64,000 bases of DNA, from the IMG/VR virus record IMGVR_UViG_3300009184_000029, positions 62,001 to 126,000 of that record. The stretch is one strand, 5' to 3'. The notes beneath the pieces were generated by a model, which worked only from the letters and a program-made list of their open reading frames with translations, was not told the origin of the DNA and did no database searches. Below, one piece after another: positions 18,676-29,034 of the stretch. Position 1 is the first letter of the stretch. Each line of letters starts with the position of its first letter. Made by a program: the position numbers and the translations under genes.

Positions 18676-19185
18676 TTAATTTTTTAAATCACCTTTTAAG
18701 TCATCACAAACTATTGATAAAAACGTTTCTATTTCTCTTTCAAGACCTTCAAAATCTTCAAATAGATTTACTCCGTCTTGAGATTCAAAATTACATAAAG
18801 AGTAATTACCGTCATTATCACAGTAAATTTCTCCATAATATAATTTGTCATTAACATTTAAATATCCTGTGTGTATTATTTCATCGATAGTTTCTTCAGT
18901 TGTTTCGTATTTAAATCTCATATCCGGAATTCCATGAGTTGAGTCAAATTTCCAAATTTCACCTGAAGGAACTTTATCTGACATCTTAATTACATCATCT
19001 TCATCATCTAAAAATTTATCAGTTTTAGAATAATGGTCAAGATATCGTCTTTCTTTATCTGATAATGAATCTAAACCTGATGAAGATATCTTTTCTAAAA
19101 TCTTATTAAGTTTGTCCCAGTCTTCATTAATTATATTTTTAATTAATTTAACTAATTGATTTTCTGTAAGTCTTATTTTTTTCAT
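18676..19185 (-). CDS. hypothetical protein with KIRLTE..L....INE leader
   Basis: 169-aa ORF. Confidence 0.75.
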   Translation of the reverse strand: MKKIRLTENQLVKLIKNIINEDWDKLNKILEKISSSGLDSLSDKERRYLDHYSKTDKFLDDEDDVIKMSDKVPSGEIWKFDSTHGIPDMRFKYETTEETIDEIIHTGYLNVNDKLYYGEIYCDNDGNYSLCNFESQDGVNLFEDFEGLEREIETFLSIVCDDLKGDLKN

Positions 19186-20678
19186 TTTTTATTAACTATT
19201 TGAAATGTTAGAGTTCTTTTATAAGTATTAATTTCACCAGAAGTTAATACCTTCATATCAACGTAGTATTCATTTGGTATTTTGTCTCTAGTGTCGAATA
19301 CAAAATAATATTGGTTTGAACTCCTGTTTACTTCAGTCCAATCTTGTACTTGAACCTCTGTTTGACCTTCTCTAACATATATTCTGTAATATGCTTTAAT
19401 GTTGTTTAATAACTCAGATGTAGAATATGCTTTTTTAATTATCACTCCAACCCTTCTAACATCCGTGTTTAATACTTTCTCATCTTGTTTAATACCATAA
19501 AAATCAAATCCGTATAAATCAGGGTCTTTACTTTCAGGTGAAATATTAAAACCATATTTAAATGGTAAAATAGTAAACATGTTTTCTATGTTAGGTAATG
19601 AATTACCATTGTAAGTTAACCCTACCCATACGTCAGAATATGTACAAGGTATTGTAGATGTAATTCCTGTAATTGTTACTTCATATACTCCTGTACTTAT
19701 TCTACAAGTTTGTAAATTACTTTTAATTAAACTATTGGAATTATTATATATGTTCACTAAAGGATTTGAATCTAAATTAGTTAAAGTACCGTCAATATAT
19801 GAATATAAATATAATTTATTAGTCGCATTGGAATAGAATGAATTTCTATTATCTTGTACTAAATCATCAAAAGATGTTTCTAAAAATGGTTGATAAAAAG
19901 TTTGAGTATACTTTGTAAAAAATCCAACGGAATACGTCTCAGTTAAACCTGTTAAATTTTCTATTTCAGGAACATACGCAACTCCCCATCCTGTGACACC
20001 TGTAGTACCTCCGGTCAATATTGAATTAATTTCATTTGTCATGTTAAATTCAATATCTTCATTACCTAATTCAAAATGTTGAGTATCAACTATAGTTAAT
20101 GCTGAATATTTAATTGATGTACTTGGACCACTATTTGTATTTAAATAAATTCCATTTGTACTCCACCCTGATACCGTAGTTTTTTGAAACCAATTTGATG
20201 GTCTACTTGAAAACGACTTATCCAATGGTGAAAATAGTGAAGTTAAACTTCCCTGAGAACTGTTCTGAGTACTTTGAAAATCAAAATAATCGTACCCTAC
20301 TCCTTCATCCCATGATTGAGGATTACCGGTTGAACCTGATGTTTTTGGTATTCTAAATAAAATTAAATCAAAAGAAGTTGCTCTTCTTCTACCTTCAGAA
20401 GTTGTTGAGTTAATTAATTCAGTATCAAATGAAGATGTGTTAGTCATCCTCAATGAGTGAGACATTGATGTACATGCGGTTGATATTATACCTGAAGATA
20501 TTTTTGTTTGTAAATCAGTTAAGTCCAAATCAAAAATAAATCTTGTGAATCCTTGTTGTGATATTTGATTTTCGGTTGCCCCAAAATTTAACTGCATTAC
20601 AGGATTTCTCGCAGTATTAACATATGATGAATATATTAAAGTATTGTTTTTGGAAAAATATGACCTGTGAATTGACAT
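19182..20678 (-). CDS. probable virion structural (tail/baseplate) protein
   Basis: 498 aa, Ser/Thr/Asn-rich beta-type composition, directly downstream of the gp5-like gene, own TATTTATA motif. Confidence 0.55.
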   Translation of the reverse strand: MSIHRSYFSKNNTLIYSSYVNTARNPVMQLNFGATENQISQQGFTRFIFDLDLTDLQTKISSGIISTACTSMSHSLRMTNTSSFDTELINSTTSEGRRRATSFDLILFRIPKTSGSTGNPQSWDEGVGYDYFDFQSTQNSSQGSLTSLFSPLDKSFSSRPSNWFQKTTVSGWSTNGIYLNTNSGPSTSIKYSALTIVDTQHFELGNEDIEFNMTNEINSILTGGTTGVTGWGVAYVPEIENLTGLTETYSVGFFTKYTQTFYQPFLETSFDDLVQDNRNSFYSNATNKLYLYSYIDGTLTNLDSNPLVNIYNNSNSLIKSNLQTCRISTGVYEVTITGITSTIPCTYSDVWVGLTYNGNSLPNIENMFTILPFKYGFNISPESKDPDLYGFDFYGIKQDEKVLNTDVRRVGVIIKKAYSTSELLNNIKAYYRIYVREGQTEVQVQDWTEVNRSSNQYYFVFDTRDKIPNEYYVDMKVLTSGEINTYKRTLTFQIVNKK

Positions 20679-20695
20679 TTATAAAGTTGTTTCTT

Positions 20696-20703
20696 TATAA
20701 ATA
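20696..20703 (-). promoter_or_regulatory. TATTTATA upstream motif (minus strand)
   Basis: Plus-strand TATAAATA, 17 nt upstream of ATG at 20678. Confidence 0.6.
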
Positions 20704-22284
20704 TCAATTTATTCGAATATTCTTATTCAAAATAGTTTGATTCGCCTGAGCAAGTTGTTGAGTGATGTCAGTAATTGATGTACCATCTAAAGATGTCGGT
20801 GTAGGAGGAGCTGGAACAACACAAGGATGTACGTGAGTCGCCATGAATCCAATTATTTTACTGAGTAACGCAATTAATTTTTCACCTCTAACCATTGAAT
20901 TTGTTTTATTTTCTAACGGAATACCATCATTTGATAAAAAGAATTTTGATTCTAATCCGTAAGATGTGTCAGAATATGAAATTTCACCTAAAGTATTTTC
21001 ATTATAAGATAGGAAATAAATCTTATCTGAACCCATAGATATATTTGTGTTATTTACAGGTAAATGTTTGTAGTCGTTAGATTTTATAATATTTGTTTTA
21101 AAACTATTTGGATTTCCGTTAGTCTTTACAACTCCATATCCCACTTGATTTGTAATATTATCATAGTTAGATATTGCCATTATTAAATTTATATTGTTAA
21201 CCTTAATAGCGTCATTAATGTCTCCAGTGTAATTTTTAATTATTTTATATAAATCAGGAGTAGGTCTATAATAGAATGGTAAAATATTTAAGTTACCATC
21301 ACCACTTTTTAAAGATAATGTACTATCGTCATTTATTTTAACAACACCATCATATACTTGTTTAATAAAATCACTAATAATTTTTCCTGTTTCATCTAAA
21401 GTTTTACCTTGGAAGTTTAGATTTGCCATGAAAATTTTATCAGTTTCGTCAATAACACTATCAACAACTAAAGTATCAGAATCATATTTTAATGTTTCAG
21501 ACGGTAATCTGTATAAAAATACTTGGCCTGTAAAAATTTTTGCAGGATTTTCTGGGTTCTGAATATTATACTCGACCAAATACTTTGTTGCTTGTGGAGT
21601 GTAAGAAACCTCAACTATTGGTTCTGCGGGTAAAGTAACAATTGTTGTGTCAAATTCTGTAATTTGTATAAATGATTTTTTATCATTTGCCGGGGTTTCA
21701 TTGTATTGGTTTAAATTATTTTTATCACATTTACCAACCCTTAATAAGATTTCACTTTCTTTTACTATAATATCTGAAGTACCTCTACCCTGAATTGCAA
21801 TATCATTATAATTTGGGAATAGACCTTTTTCTGATGGTTTTTGATAATCATTAGTATTTGGTACCAATATAAACTCATTTGCCCCTAATAATCTATCTCC
21901 TTCACCACTACTTAATTTTGATGAACGGTGGTCATCTTTATATATATTCTTAGCATTACTTAATGGATGTATAAAATAAAATTGGTTATTATAACCATCT
22001 CCATCTTCAGGTGCCGCATATATTAAACATACTCTTTCACCTGTTTTAGGTATAATGTTTAAAAAATTACCAAATAAAGGAGTGAACATTAAAGGGTCTT
22101 CATCCAACCATTTAAATTCAGGATATAAATCTTTAGTATTTGGGTCATAAGCGTCTTTATTACGTATTTTTATACTTTCAAGTTGCTCCTCAATTGCGTC
22201 CATTTCGGCAAAAACACGGATTCTACCTAATTTAGCCGGGTCATTATCACCTTTTACAATTCCGTAATAAATTACTCTTTTCAT
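20704..22284 (-). CDS. baseplate central spike/hub (gp5/VgrG-like)
   Basis: N-terminal OB-fold GIVKGDNDPAKLGRIRV and IPKTGERVCLIY; C-terminal THVHP metal-binding tip motif. Confidence 0.78.
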   Translation of the reverse strand: MKRVIYYGIVKGDNDPAKLGRIRVFAEMDAIEEQLESIKIRNKDAYDPNTKDLYPEFKWLDEDPLMFTPLFGNFLNIIPKTGERVCLIYAAPEDGDGYNNQFYFIHPLSNAKNIYKDDHRSSKLSSGEGDRLLGANEFILVPNTNDYQKPSEKGLFPNYNDIAIQGRGTSDIIVKESEILLRVGKCDKNNLNQYNETPANDKKSFIQITEFDTTIVTLPAEPIVEVSYTPQATKYLVEYNIQNPENPAKIFTGQVFLYRLPSETLKYDSDTLVVDSVIDETDKIFMANLNFQGKTLDETGKIISDFIKQVYDGVVKINDDSTLSLKSGDGNLNILPFYYRPTPDLYKIIKNYTGDINDAIKVNNINLIMAISNYDNITNQVGYGVVKTNGNPNSFKTNIIKSNDYKHLPVNNTNISMGSDKIYFLSYNENTLGEISYSDTSYGLESKFFLSNDGIPLENKTNSMVRGEKLIALLSKIIGFMATHVHPCVVPAPPTPTSLDGTSITDITQQLAQANQTILNKNIRIN

Positions 22285-22475
22285 TTTCTTTCGTTATATT
22301 CTTTAAGTAATAAATTATAGGTATTTTCCAATTTATCTAAATGCTCACTGAATTTTAAAATTGAATTTTTAGTAAATTCAAAGTCTTTAGAGATATGTTC
22401 CATCGCGATAACTAAATCCTTGTTACTTTTATTTTTATAATTTTTTATTATTTCTAAAATTTTATCAGATTCCAT
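22281..22475 (-). CDS. small coiled-coil protein
   Basis: 64-aa ORF coupled to both neighbours. Confidence 0.7.
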   Translation of the reverse strand: MESDKILEIIKNYKNKSNKDLVIAMEHISKDFEFTKNSILKFSEHLDKLENTYNLLLKEYNERK

Positions 22476-24433
22476 TACATTGATTTTCCAAATAATTTTA
22501 TCGATGGTGTAATACCTGGTATTTCAGGAAGTGCAATTTGAGCTTTTGAATTTTCAGCAGATTCTTTTTGTTGAGCGTTTAGCACTCCTTGTAAAGCTTG
22601 TAATCCCATATTAGGTGACCCATCAGGCATAGGACCTGTAGGAATACCTATTGCTTGCATCTCCTCAATTGTATTAGAAAACGCTCTTGTTGAATTGTAT
22701 CCCTCTAATAACGCACATGCGTTTAATAAAGGTAAAGGTATGTTTAATGGAACCCCAAATATACTTAAAAATTTAAGAATTTCATCAATAACACTTTTAC
22801 ATTGCCTATAATCTTGAACAAAAGTAACCCCAACAATTAGTACTTGTATAAGTTTTAAAATCATTATAGTTTGAATATCCTGTGATTTACTTTGAACATC
22901 TTTTGTAATTCTTTGTACTAAGAAAAATATATTTTTTTTAAGTTCCTCAACTAATTGTTTTACAAAATATGCAGCGATTCTACTAATAACATTGTAGATA
23001 AATTTTGACAATTTTTTAAAGAATTCTTGTACATCAGATATTGTATTTGTAATAGATTGACCAACTAATTGTAATGAAATTAAAACTCCTAAGATTACTT
23101 TAGGTGATAGAATTGCTCCCGCAATTGCGATTGGTATTTTTTTAAAAATATCATCATCAAACGATACTTTTATTTGTGGATATGGAAACAACAAACTCCA
23201 TTTTTTATTTTTAACAATATCGTCTAATGCCGAAATCAATGCATTTTCATTTTCTAAATCGACTTCAGTGATTCTAACTAATTCATTAATAATTGAATTT
23301 GAATCAACAGGTAACTCTACGTTATCACAATCTTTAAAAGTAATTACCTTATTAAAAATATTTTGTGACCTTTCTTGTAAAGCCCTTAAATCTAAATCAT
23401 CAATCTCAAAAAAGTCACTATTTATTTCACCTAATTCAGATACTTTGGCAGTACCCTGTACGTCAATTTCAGAAGGAGCTTGACAAAAACCAAGTATTCT
23501 TTGTATAAATCTACCAAATTTAGTTGTATCATCAATTTGGGCAGTACCTGAATTTATTTCCATTGAAACCGCTCCCGTTAAAGCGTCAATAAGTCTACCA
23601 ATCATGTTATTAGTGTCGATTGGGGACATTGAACCGTAATAATCAAATAAAAAATCTTGAATACCATTATTAATAATTGTAGGTGTTATACCCCCAACCC
23701 TTGCTTTCATGGTAATTTTTAAAAAATCACCTGCGACATTATTATTTGTTGTTATAGTTCCATCAGGCCCAATTGTTGTTACAGTACCAACCGCACTGTA
23801 TTGTATATCAAATAAATTTTGACCTGATTTACCCACAAGTAAAGTAGATGTTGAGTTATCTATTTTATCTTTAATTAAACGATTTATACTTGACGGAAAA
23901 ACTGAAGGTTGAAATGTATTTATTTCATAAAAAAGTTTTCCGGCGTTTTCAGTTGGTTTTAATTTTAAAGATTTAAATAAATCTATATCAGGTATTGAAA
24001 CATAAATTACTTGTCCGTCAGTATACTGTTGTTGTTGATTACACCCAACCAAATTTACAATTTCCTCAACTAATATTTCTTTAAATATTGGTTTTGCTTT
24101 ATATGCAATTTTAATAAATTTGTCTTTTAATAAAGTTACAGTTTCAGTTGGAACATTACTTTTATCTAAAGCCGAACTTTTGGCCTTTAATATTAGTTGT
24201 TTTATAAGTTCCATTTGATTATCAACCTCACTTTGAACTTTCTTTTTAAAATTCTCAGCCTTTTGCTTTGCAGCTATTATTTGGTCAACTATCTTTTCTT
24301 TTGAATTTTCAGCTTTATTACCTAAAGTTTTAAGTAAATTATCTTTATCAGACGCGACTTGATTATAGGTTGATACAGCATCAATTTTAGACGATGCCTG
24401 ATTGTAACTATCTTTTAAATCTGGAGATGCCAT
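22475..24433 (-). CDS. large hypothetical protein, possibly baseplate/tail associated
   Basis: 652-aa ORF in an operon with the gp5-like gene. Confidence 0.6.
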   Translation of the reverse strand: MASPDLKDSYNQASSKIDAVSTYNQVASDKDNLLKTLGNKAENSKEKIVDQIIAAKQKAENFKKKVQSEVDNQMELIKQLILKAKSSALDKSNVPTETVTLLKDKFIKIAYKAKPIFKEILVEEIVNLVGCNQQQQYTDGQVIYVSIPDIDLFKSLKLKPTENAGKLFYEINTFQPSVFPSSINRLIKDKIDNSTSTLLVGKSGQNLFDIQYSAVGTVTTIGPDGTITTNNNVAGDFLKITMKARVGGITPTIINNGIQDFLFDYYGSMSPIDTNNMIGRLIDALTGAVSMEINSGTAQIDDTTKFGRFIQRILGFCQAPSEIDVQGTAKVSELGEINSDFFEIDDLDLRALQERSQNIFNKVITFKDCDNVELPVDSNSIINELVRITEVDLENENALISALDDIVKNKKWSLLFPYPQIKVSFDDDIFKKIPIAIAGAILSPKVILGVLISLQLVGQSITNTISDVQEFFKKLSKFIYNVISRIAAYFVKQLVEELKKNIFFLVQRITKDVQSKSQDIQTIMILKLIQVLIVGVTFVQDYRQCKSVIDEILKFLSIFGVPLNIPLPLLNACALLEGYNSTRAFSNTIEEMQAIGIPTGPMPDGSPNMGLQALQGVLNAQQKESAENSKAQIALPEIPGITPSIKLFGKSM

Positions 24434-24795
24434 TAAATCTCAAACCTTTTTTCTTCGTTATTTATGTCTTTCTCAATTAAACTTTGAAGAACATTCTCAT
24501 CCATTGAAGTTATGTCAAAATCATCTTCTTTTGAATTTTGTTTTTCCCAAATTGAAGACTGTAATTTAGATAACTGTAATTTTTTTTCAACACAATCATT
24601 TATTATTTTTTGTTGTTTTTCAATTACAGGACCTATAAGAGTCATGTCCTCAGGTTCTTTCATCATTGCAACCATCTTATTTTGAATTCTTATAGCAGTT
24701 GACCTTTGTTCAACCAGTTCATTATAGATTTCTTGCATCAATGTGATTATAGAATCTTTAGTAAAATTAATTTCTTTTTTCTTTGGTTTACTCAT
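24433..24795 (-). CDS. small coiled-coil hypothetical protein
   Basis: 120-aa ORF. Confidence 0.75.
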   Translation of the reverse strand: MSKPKKKEINFTKDSIITLMQEIYNELVEQRSTAIRIQNKMVAMMKEPEDMTLIGPVIEKQQKIINDCVEKKLQLSKLQSSIWEKQNSKEDDFDITSMDENVLQSLIEKDINNEEKRFEI

Positions 24796-24799
24796 ATTC

Positions 24800-24807
24800 T
24801 ATAAATA
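24800..24807 (-). promoter_or_regulatory. TATTTATA upstream motif (minus strand)
   Basis: Plus-strand TATAAATA, 4 nt upstream of ATG at 24795. Confidence 0.55.
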
Positions 24808-24822
24808 GAAAATATTAGATTT

Positions 24823-25554
24823 TTATTCATCAACTACATTTGACAAACCAATATATAATTTTTTATATTTTTTAATTGATTGTCTAATTTCCTTAGTTGA
24901 AAGGTTAGTCATTTCCCTCAGAGATAAAAGAATAAGATTTTTATTAAACTTATTGTTTGATGACGATAAAAATATTGATTCATAATTTGAAAATATTTCA
25001 TGTAATGCCAATCCTAGTTTATATTCATTATCTGAAAGAGACGGTTCATCTAACACTATTCTAATCTCAACAATTAAATCATTTATTACTGATTTTTCAC
25101 CCCCTTCTTCAAATTGCATGTCGTATGACATTTTTGGATTGTTTTCCAAGTCTGAAGAAATATCTTCGTATGAAATTTTTCTGTTTGTTTCTTTTTGGTC
25201 TTTTAGTATTTGACCCATTAAATAATTTTTACAAATTGTCCCAAAATAGGAATAAGCCTTTTTTTCTTTTGACGGACTAAACTTGTCAATTTTTGTCATT
25301 AAAAAGGAATGGGTATCGGTATGTAAATCCAAAAAGTCCATGTCTTTTCTGTACAATTTATATCTCCTTATGATAGATGAAATCATCTTGTCTAAAGGAC
25401 TTCTGAGAAATTGATTGTATATTTTATTTTTCTCATTGAAAGTATCAGCGGTGAGAAACATCCTCACCGCTAACTCTTCTCGTTCCGCAAAATAATTTTC
25501 ATTCTTTTTTGGACGTTTTGTATCATCGAGAACAATTATTGTATCCCCAGTCAT
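24823..25554 (-). CDS. phage late-transcription sigma factor (gp55-like, sigma70 region 2)
   Basis: KMISSIIRRY...D......FLM.KIDKFSPSKEKKAYSYFGTICKNYL resembles region-2 FDPxKxxxxxYFxxI. Confidence 0.72.
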   Translation of the reverse strand: MTGDTIIVLDDTKRPKKNENYFAEREELAVRMFLTADTFNEKNKIYNQFLRSPLDKMISSIIRRYKLYRKDMDFLDLHTDTHSFLMTKIDKFSPSKEKKAYSYFGTICKNYLMGQILKDQKETNRKISYEDISSDLENNPKMSYDMQFEEGGEKSVINDLIVEIRIVLDEPSLSDNEYKLGLALHEIFSNYESIFLSSSNNKFNKNLILLSLREMTNLSTKEIRQSIKKYKKLYIGLSNVVDE

Positions 25555-26354
25555 TAAACACTTGGTTCATAATTTATTTCTCTATCTGATGTGAAAAAAT
25601 ATTCTTTTTTCGCAGATTCAACCCAAAATTTAACTTCTTTTTCATCTAATTTAGACTCACTATTTTTGTAATCCCAAAATAAAGATTGTTCTCTTAAATT
25701 AGTATGTTTATAACCAATCTTAGGAATTGTCATAATTTTAACTGAATTATAAGTCATTCTTAAAAGAAACTCATAAACAAATGTCAATTTTAAATTACTT
25801 TTAAATCCTCCAAATTCCTTAACAGTACTTTTTTTGATTACCATTCCTGAAGTTTGAAAATTTTGATACCCGTGTAATGTTTCATTAGTTAAGATACCAA
25901 CTTCTTGACTAAAATTAGCAGCAAATGTTGCTTCATTTGTGAATCCCGCAAAAACTGATTTATTATCCACATCAATTACTACTGGTAAAAACGCATCTAC
26001 ATCGGGATGATGTGTGGTATATTTTTGAACATTATTAAACCAAATTGATGAATACTCATCATCAAATTCAAAGAAACTTAACCATTCAGATGATGAATTT
26101 TCAATACCCATATTGATTTGAGATGAATAATTTGGTTCATCTTTAAATTCAACCATTTTAACATTTAAATCACCAAAATCAAAATTATTTAAATATTCTG
26201 TTAATTTTTCTTCATTTGATTTTACAATTACTAACTCATTGAATGGAGTTTTTTGAGTTTTTAAACTCTCAATACATTTTTTAAAATATTCATCAAAATC
26301 TCTAACTAGTGCCGATTTGATTGGTAATATTACTGATAAATTTAATTTTTCCAT
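25554..26354 (-). CDS. glycosyltransferase family 2
   Basis: SVILP start, NELVIV, FFEFDDEY (DxD-like). Confidence 0.8.
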   Translation of the reverse strand: MEKLNLSVILPIKSALVRDFDEYFKKCIESLKTQKTPFNELVIVKSNEEKLTEYLNNFDFGDLNVKMVEFKDEPNYSSQINMGIENSSSEWLSFFEFDDEYSSIWFNNVQKYTTHHPDVDAFLPVVIDVDNKSVFAGFTNEATFAANFSQEVGILTNETLHGYQNFQTSGMVIKKSTVKEFGGFKSNLKLTFVYEFLLRMTYNSVKIMTIPKIGYKHTNLREQSLFWDYKNSESKLDEKEVKFWVESAKKEYFFTSDREINYEPSV

Positions 26355-26358
26355 TTTC

Positions 26359-27414
26359 TTATACTGTTTGAAGTTTATTTAGTTGTGACTCAATCATTTC
26401 AATTCTAATGTCGAAATAATTTTGGAAATTTTCAATTACTGAATTTTCAAATTTTTCTTTACTTGAGAATAACGATGATGTTTCTTCCATTGATTCATAG
26501 AGTTTTTCAGAAATATTATCTTCCAACCAATTTTGAATGAAGTCAGCAATAAAATCAACAATTTTATTTTGTTCTTGAATCCAAATACCATTATGTTCAT
26601 TCATCCAAGACGGAGCCATGTTTGGAATTTTACCAATAACTGGTACACCACACTTCATTGATTCCAATGGGAATGTTCCAAATGAACTAATTGGGTCAAT
26701 CCACACACTCAAAAAACATTCTTGGAATGTTTCAGCAAATTGTTCTTCAGTCAAACCTCTCATATCTCTAAATGCGAACCATCTAAACTGAGGGTATTTT
26801 AAGTAAAAAGACTTAATTACATTCATTGAATCTCTTTGTTCTCTTGAATGAATTGCGATAATTGGTTTTGGTGGAATTGATTGTTTAACAAATCTTTCTG
26901 AGATGTAAGGTTCAATTACATCAGTCGGGGTATTTTTCATCATCCCTGAAACATAATTTTTTAATGATTCTGAGGTTGTAATACATTTATTAACATTCAA
27001 CTGAGACCAATTTGTACCAGGTTGTAATGTATCTAAAATGTAATCATAACATTGTGCCAATGAAATCTTGATACAAGGTAGATTAGAAATTTGTTGCATT
27101 ACGTACCCAAATAGTTCAGGAACAACAATCATATCTTCAGGTGACACCATCAATTGATTACCCTCAACAGATGAATGAGATAGTTCGTCCATATATTCGG
27201 AACCTAAACATTCTTTGACTCCAACATAGTCTGATTTTTCATGTAAAATCATTGAGTTAAATCCTGCTCTTTTTAAAGTTAGAGCCATTTGATAAATGAA
27301 TCTAACACTACCTGTTAAATTACCTTTTGTATCTTGTACAAAAAAATAAATTTTGGCAGATTTGTTTTTTAGATTTTCGATGGATACTTCTAATTTTTTA
27401 ATATTCTCGTCCAT
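26359..27414 (-). CDS. GT-B glycosyltransferase (GT4-like)
   Basis: SFGTFPLESMKCGVPVIG donor-binding motif. Confidence 0.75.
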   Translation of the reverse strand: MDENIKKLEVSIENLKNKSAKIYFFVQDTKGNLTGSVRFIYQMALTLKRAGFNSMILHEKSDYVGVKECLGSEYMDELSHSSVEGNQLMVSPEDMIVVPELFGYVMQQISNLPCIKISLAQCYDYILDTLQPGTNWSQLNVNKCITTSESLKNYVSGMMKNTPTDVIEPYISERFVKQSIPPKPIIAIHSREQRDSMNVIKSFYLKYPQFRWFAFRDMRGLTEEQFAETFQECFLSVWIDPISSFGTFPLESMKCGVPVIGKIPNMAPSWMNEHNGIWIQEQNKIVDFIADFIQNWLEDNISEKLYESMEETSSLFSSKEKFENSVIENFQNYFDIRIEMIESQLNKLQTV

Positions 27415-27415
27415 T

Positions 27416-27679
27416 TTAAATTTGTTTAATTATTTTATTATAAAGTAATGTATTAAATGCAATCTTAAAGGGAATACTAACATCACTTTTATCCCCTAAA
27501 GTTTCGTCAACTTCATCCTTTTCGGTTAAAATTGTCTCAATCATAATTTTTATTAACTCATAAGTGACCACACTTATTTGTTGCTCAGTTACACCAGATA
27601 CCGACTCAATCAAAACACTTTTACTGTTTATTTCTTCTAAGTCAATATAGTATAAATTATTGAATACTTTTAACATCAT
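27416..27679 (-). CDS. hypothetical protein
   Basis: 87-aa ORF. Confidence 0.7.
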   Translation of the reverse strand: MMLKVFNNLYYIDLEEINSKSVLIESVSGVTEQQISVVTYELIKIMIETILTEKDEVDETLGDKSDVSIPFKIAFNTLLYNKIIKQI

Positions 27680-28319
27680 CCTTTTTAATTTTATCTATTA
27701 TACTTTGCAGTTCTTTTAATTTTGTAATGGAATACTTTGACTCAGAATCTTCATTATATTGAGTGTTATATTTTATACAAGGTTTTTTACTTTTTTTAAT
27801 TAGTTCAGGATTTGAAGTCACTAATACATCAAAATTCCCCCAAATACTATCTTCTGTAATCTTACTATAAAAAATATATTTCTCAACTAAACATCCAAAC
27901 TTTGATAAGAAAAAAAGAGTTGCGGGTTTAGATTTACCGATTTCATCTGAAATTATTACTATTTCGTTATCGTCTCGGTTATTTAAATAAAATTCGTTTA
28001 AATCGTTAAACGTTGACATTTCAGTTGATGAGGCATGTCCAAATATCCCCATAGCAAAATCCTCATACATAAATGAGTACAATTCTTCTTCATTTCTAAA
28101 TTTAAAGTGATTTAATAAATTTAAACTTGTAACAGGTGATAAAACCTCATAATTAAATTTATCCTCAACAACTGATTCCAAATTGTTTTCATCGGTAATG
28201 TCAATTTTAACCAAAGTTTCTTCAGTTTCATTTTCATCAATCATATGTTTCTCATATAATTGAGTGAATTTTGCAATAGTATCCCTTAAAACTCCGTTAA
28301 CCTCAATCCCTATCTTCAT
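27657..28319 (-). CDS. HAD-fold 5'(3')-nucleotidase-like protein with altered motif I
   Basis: MKIGIEVNGVLRD (cf. MxIGIDxDGVL), later K and cap-like region. Confidence 0.6.
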   Translation of the reverse strand: MKIGIEVNGVLRDTIAKFTQLYEKHMIDENETEETLVKIDITDENNLESVVEDKFNYEVLSPVTSLNLLNHFKFRNEEELYSFMYEDFAMGIFGHASSTEMSTFNDLNEFYLNNRDDNEIVIISDEIGKSKPATLFFLSKFGCLVEKYIFYSKITEDSIWGNFDVLVTSNPELIKKSKKPCIKYNTQYNEDSESKYSITKLKELQSIIDKIKKDDVKSIQ

Positions 28320-29034
28320 ATCTTTTTAATAATTCAGTAATAATCGGATTTCTAACAACATCTCCATCTCCAAATTCATGGACACCAACTTCAGACATGT
28401 TTCTTAATCTTTCTAAAACGTCCCATAATCCTGAGTGTTTTTTATCTTTATATCTGTCAGTTTGTTCTAAGTCACCGGAAATAAAGAATTTACTATCAGT
28501 CCCAATACGAGTTAAAAGAAGTTTCATTTGTTTTGGTGTGGCATTTTGTGCTTCTTCAAAAATTAATATTGAGTTGTCAATATTCATACCTCTCATATAT
28601 GCCAAGGCAAAAACCTCAATAACCTCTAACTGTTTTAATTTTTCTCTAGCCTCCTTACCTATAATTTTGTTTAATAAATAATAAGATGGAAAAATATAAG
28701 GGTCCAATTTCTCTTCCACATTACCTGGTAATGAACCTAATTTCTCTTCAGCCTCGACCGCAGGTCGAACAATAATTATTTTCTCATATGGGGAATCATG
28801 TTCGGCCAATAAGTCAACTGCTGCCTTCATTGCAATAAAACTTTTACCAACACCCGCAGGTCCTGAACAAACAGTAATTTGGTTTCGTCTAAGTTTATCG
28901 TAATACTCCCTTTGACTTTGGGTTAAGAATTTATCCTTACCCTTTTTTATAATTCTACAAATTTGGTCTTTTTTTGAGACCTTAGTTTCTGACCCAAAAT
29001 CAATTGGGTCTTTAGTTGTTTTCTTTCTTGTCAT
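28303..29034 (-). CDS. phoH: PhoH-family ATPase
   Basis: GPAGVGKS, IIIVRPAVE, LGSLPG, LAYMRG, EEAQN, GDLEQTD, VVRNP. Confidence 0.95.
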   Translation of the reverse strand: MTRKKTTKDPIDFGSETKVSKKDQICRIIKKGKDKFLTQSQREYYDKLRRNQITVCSGPAGVGKSFIAMKAAVDLLAEHDSPYEKIIIVRPAVEAEEKLGSLPGNVEEKLDPYIFPSYYLLNKIIGKEAREKLKQLEVIEVFALAYMRGMNIDNSILIFEEAQNATPKQMKLLLTRIGTDSKFFISGDLEQTDRYKDKKHSGLWDVLERLRNMSEVGVHEFGDGDVVRNPIITELLKRYEDRD

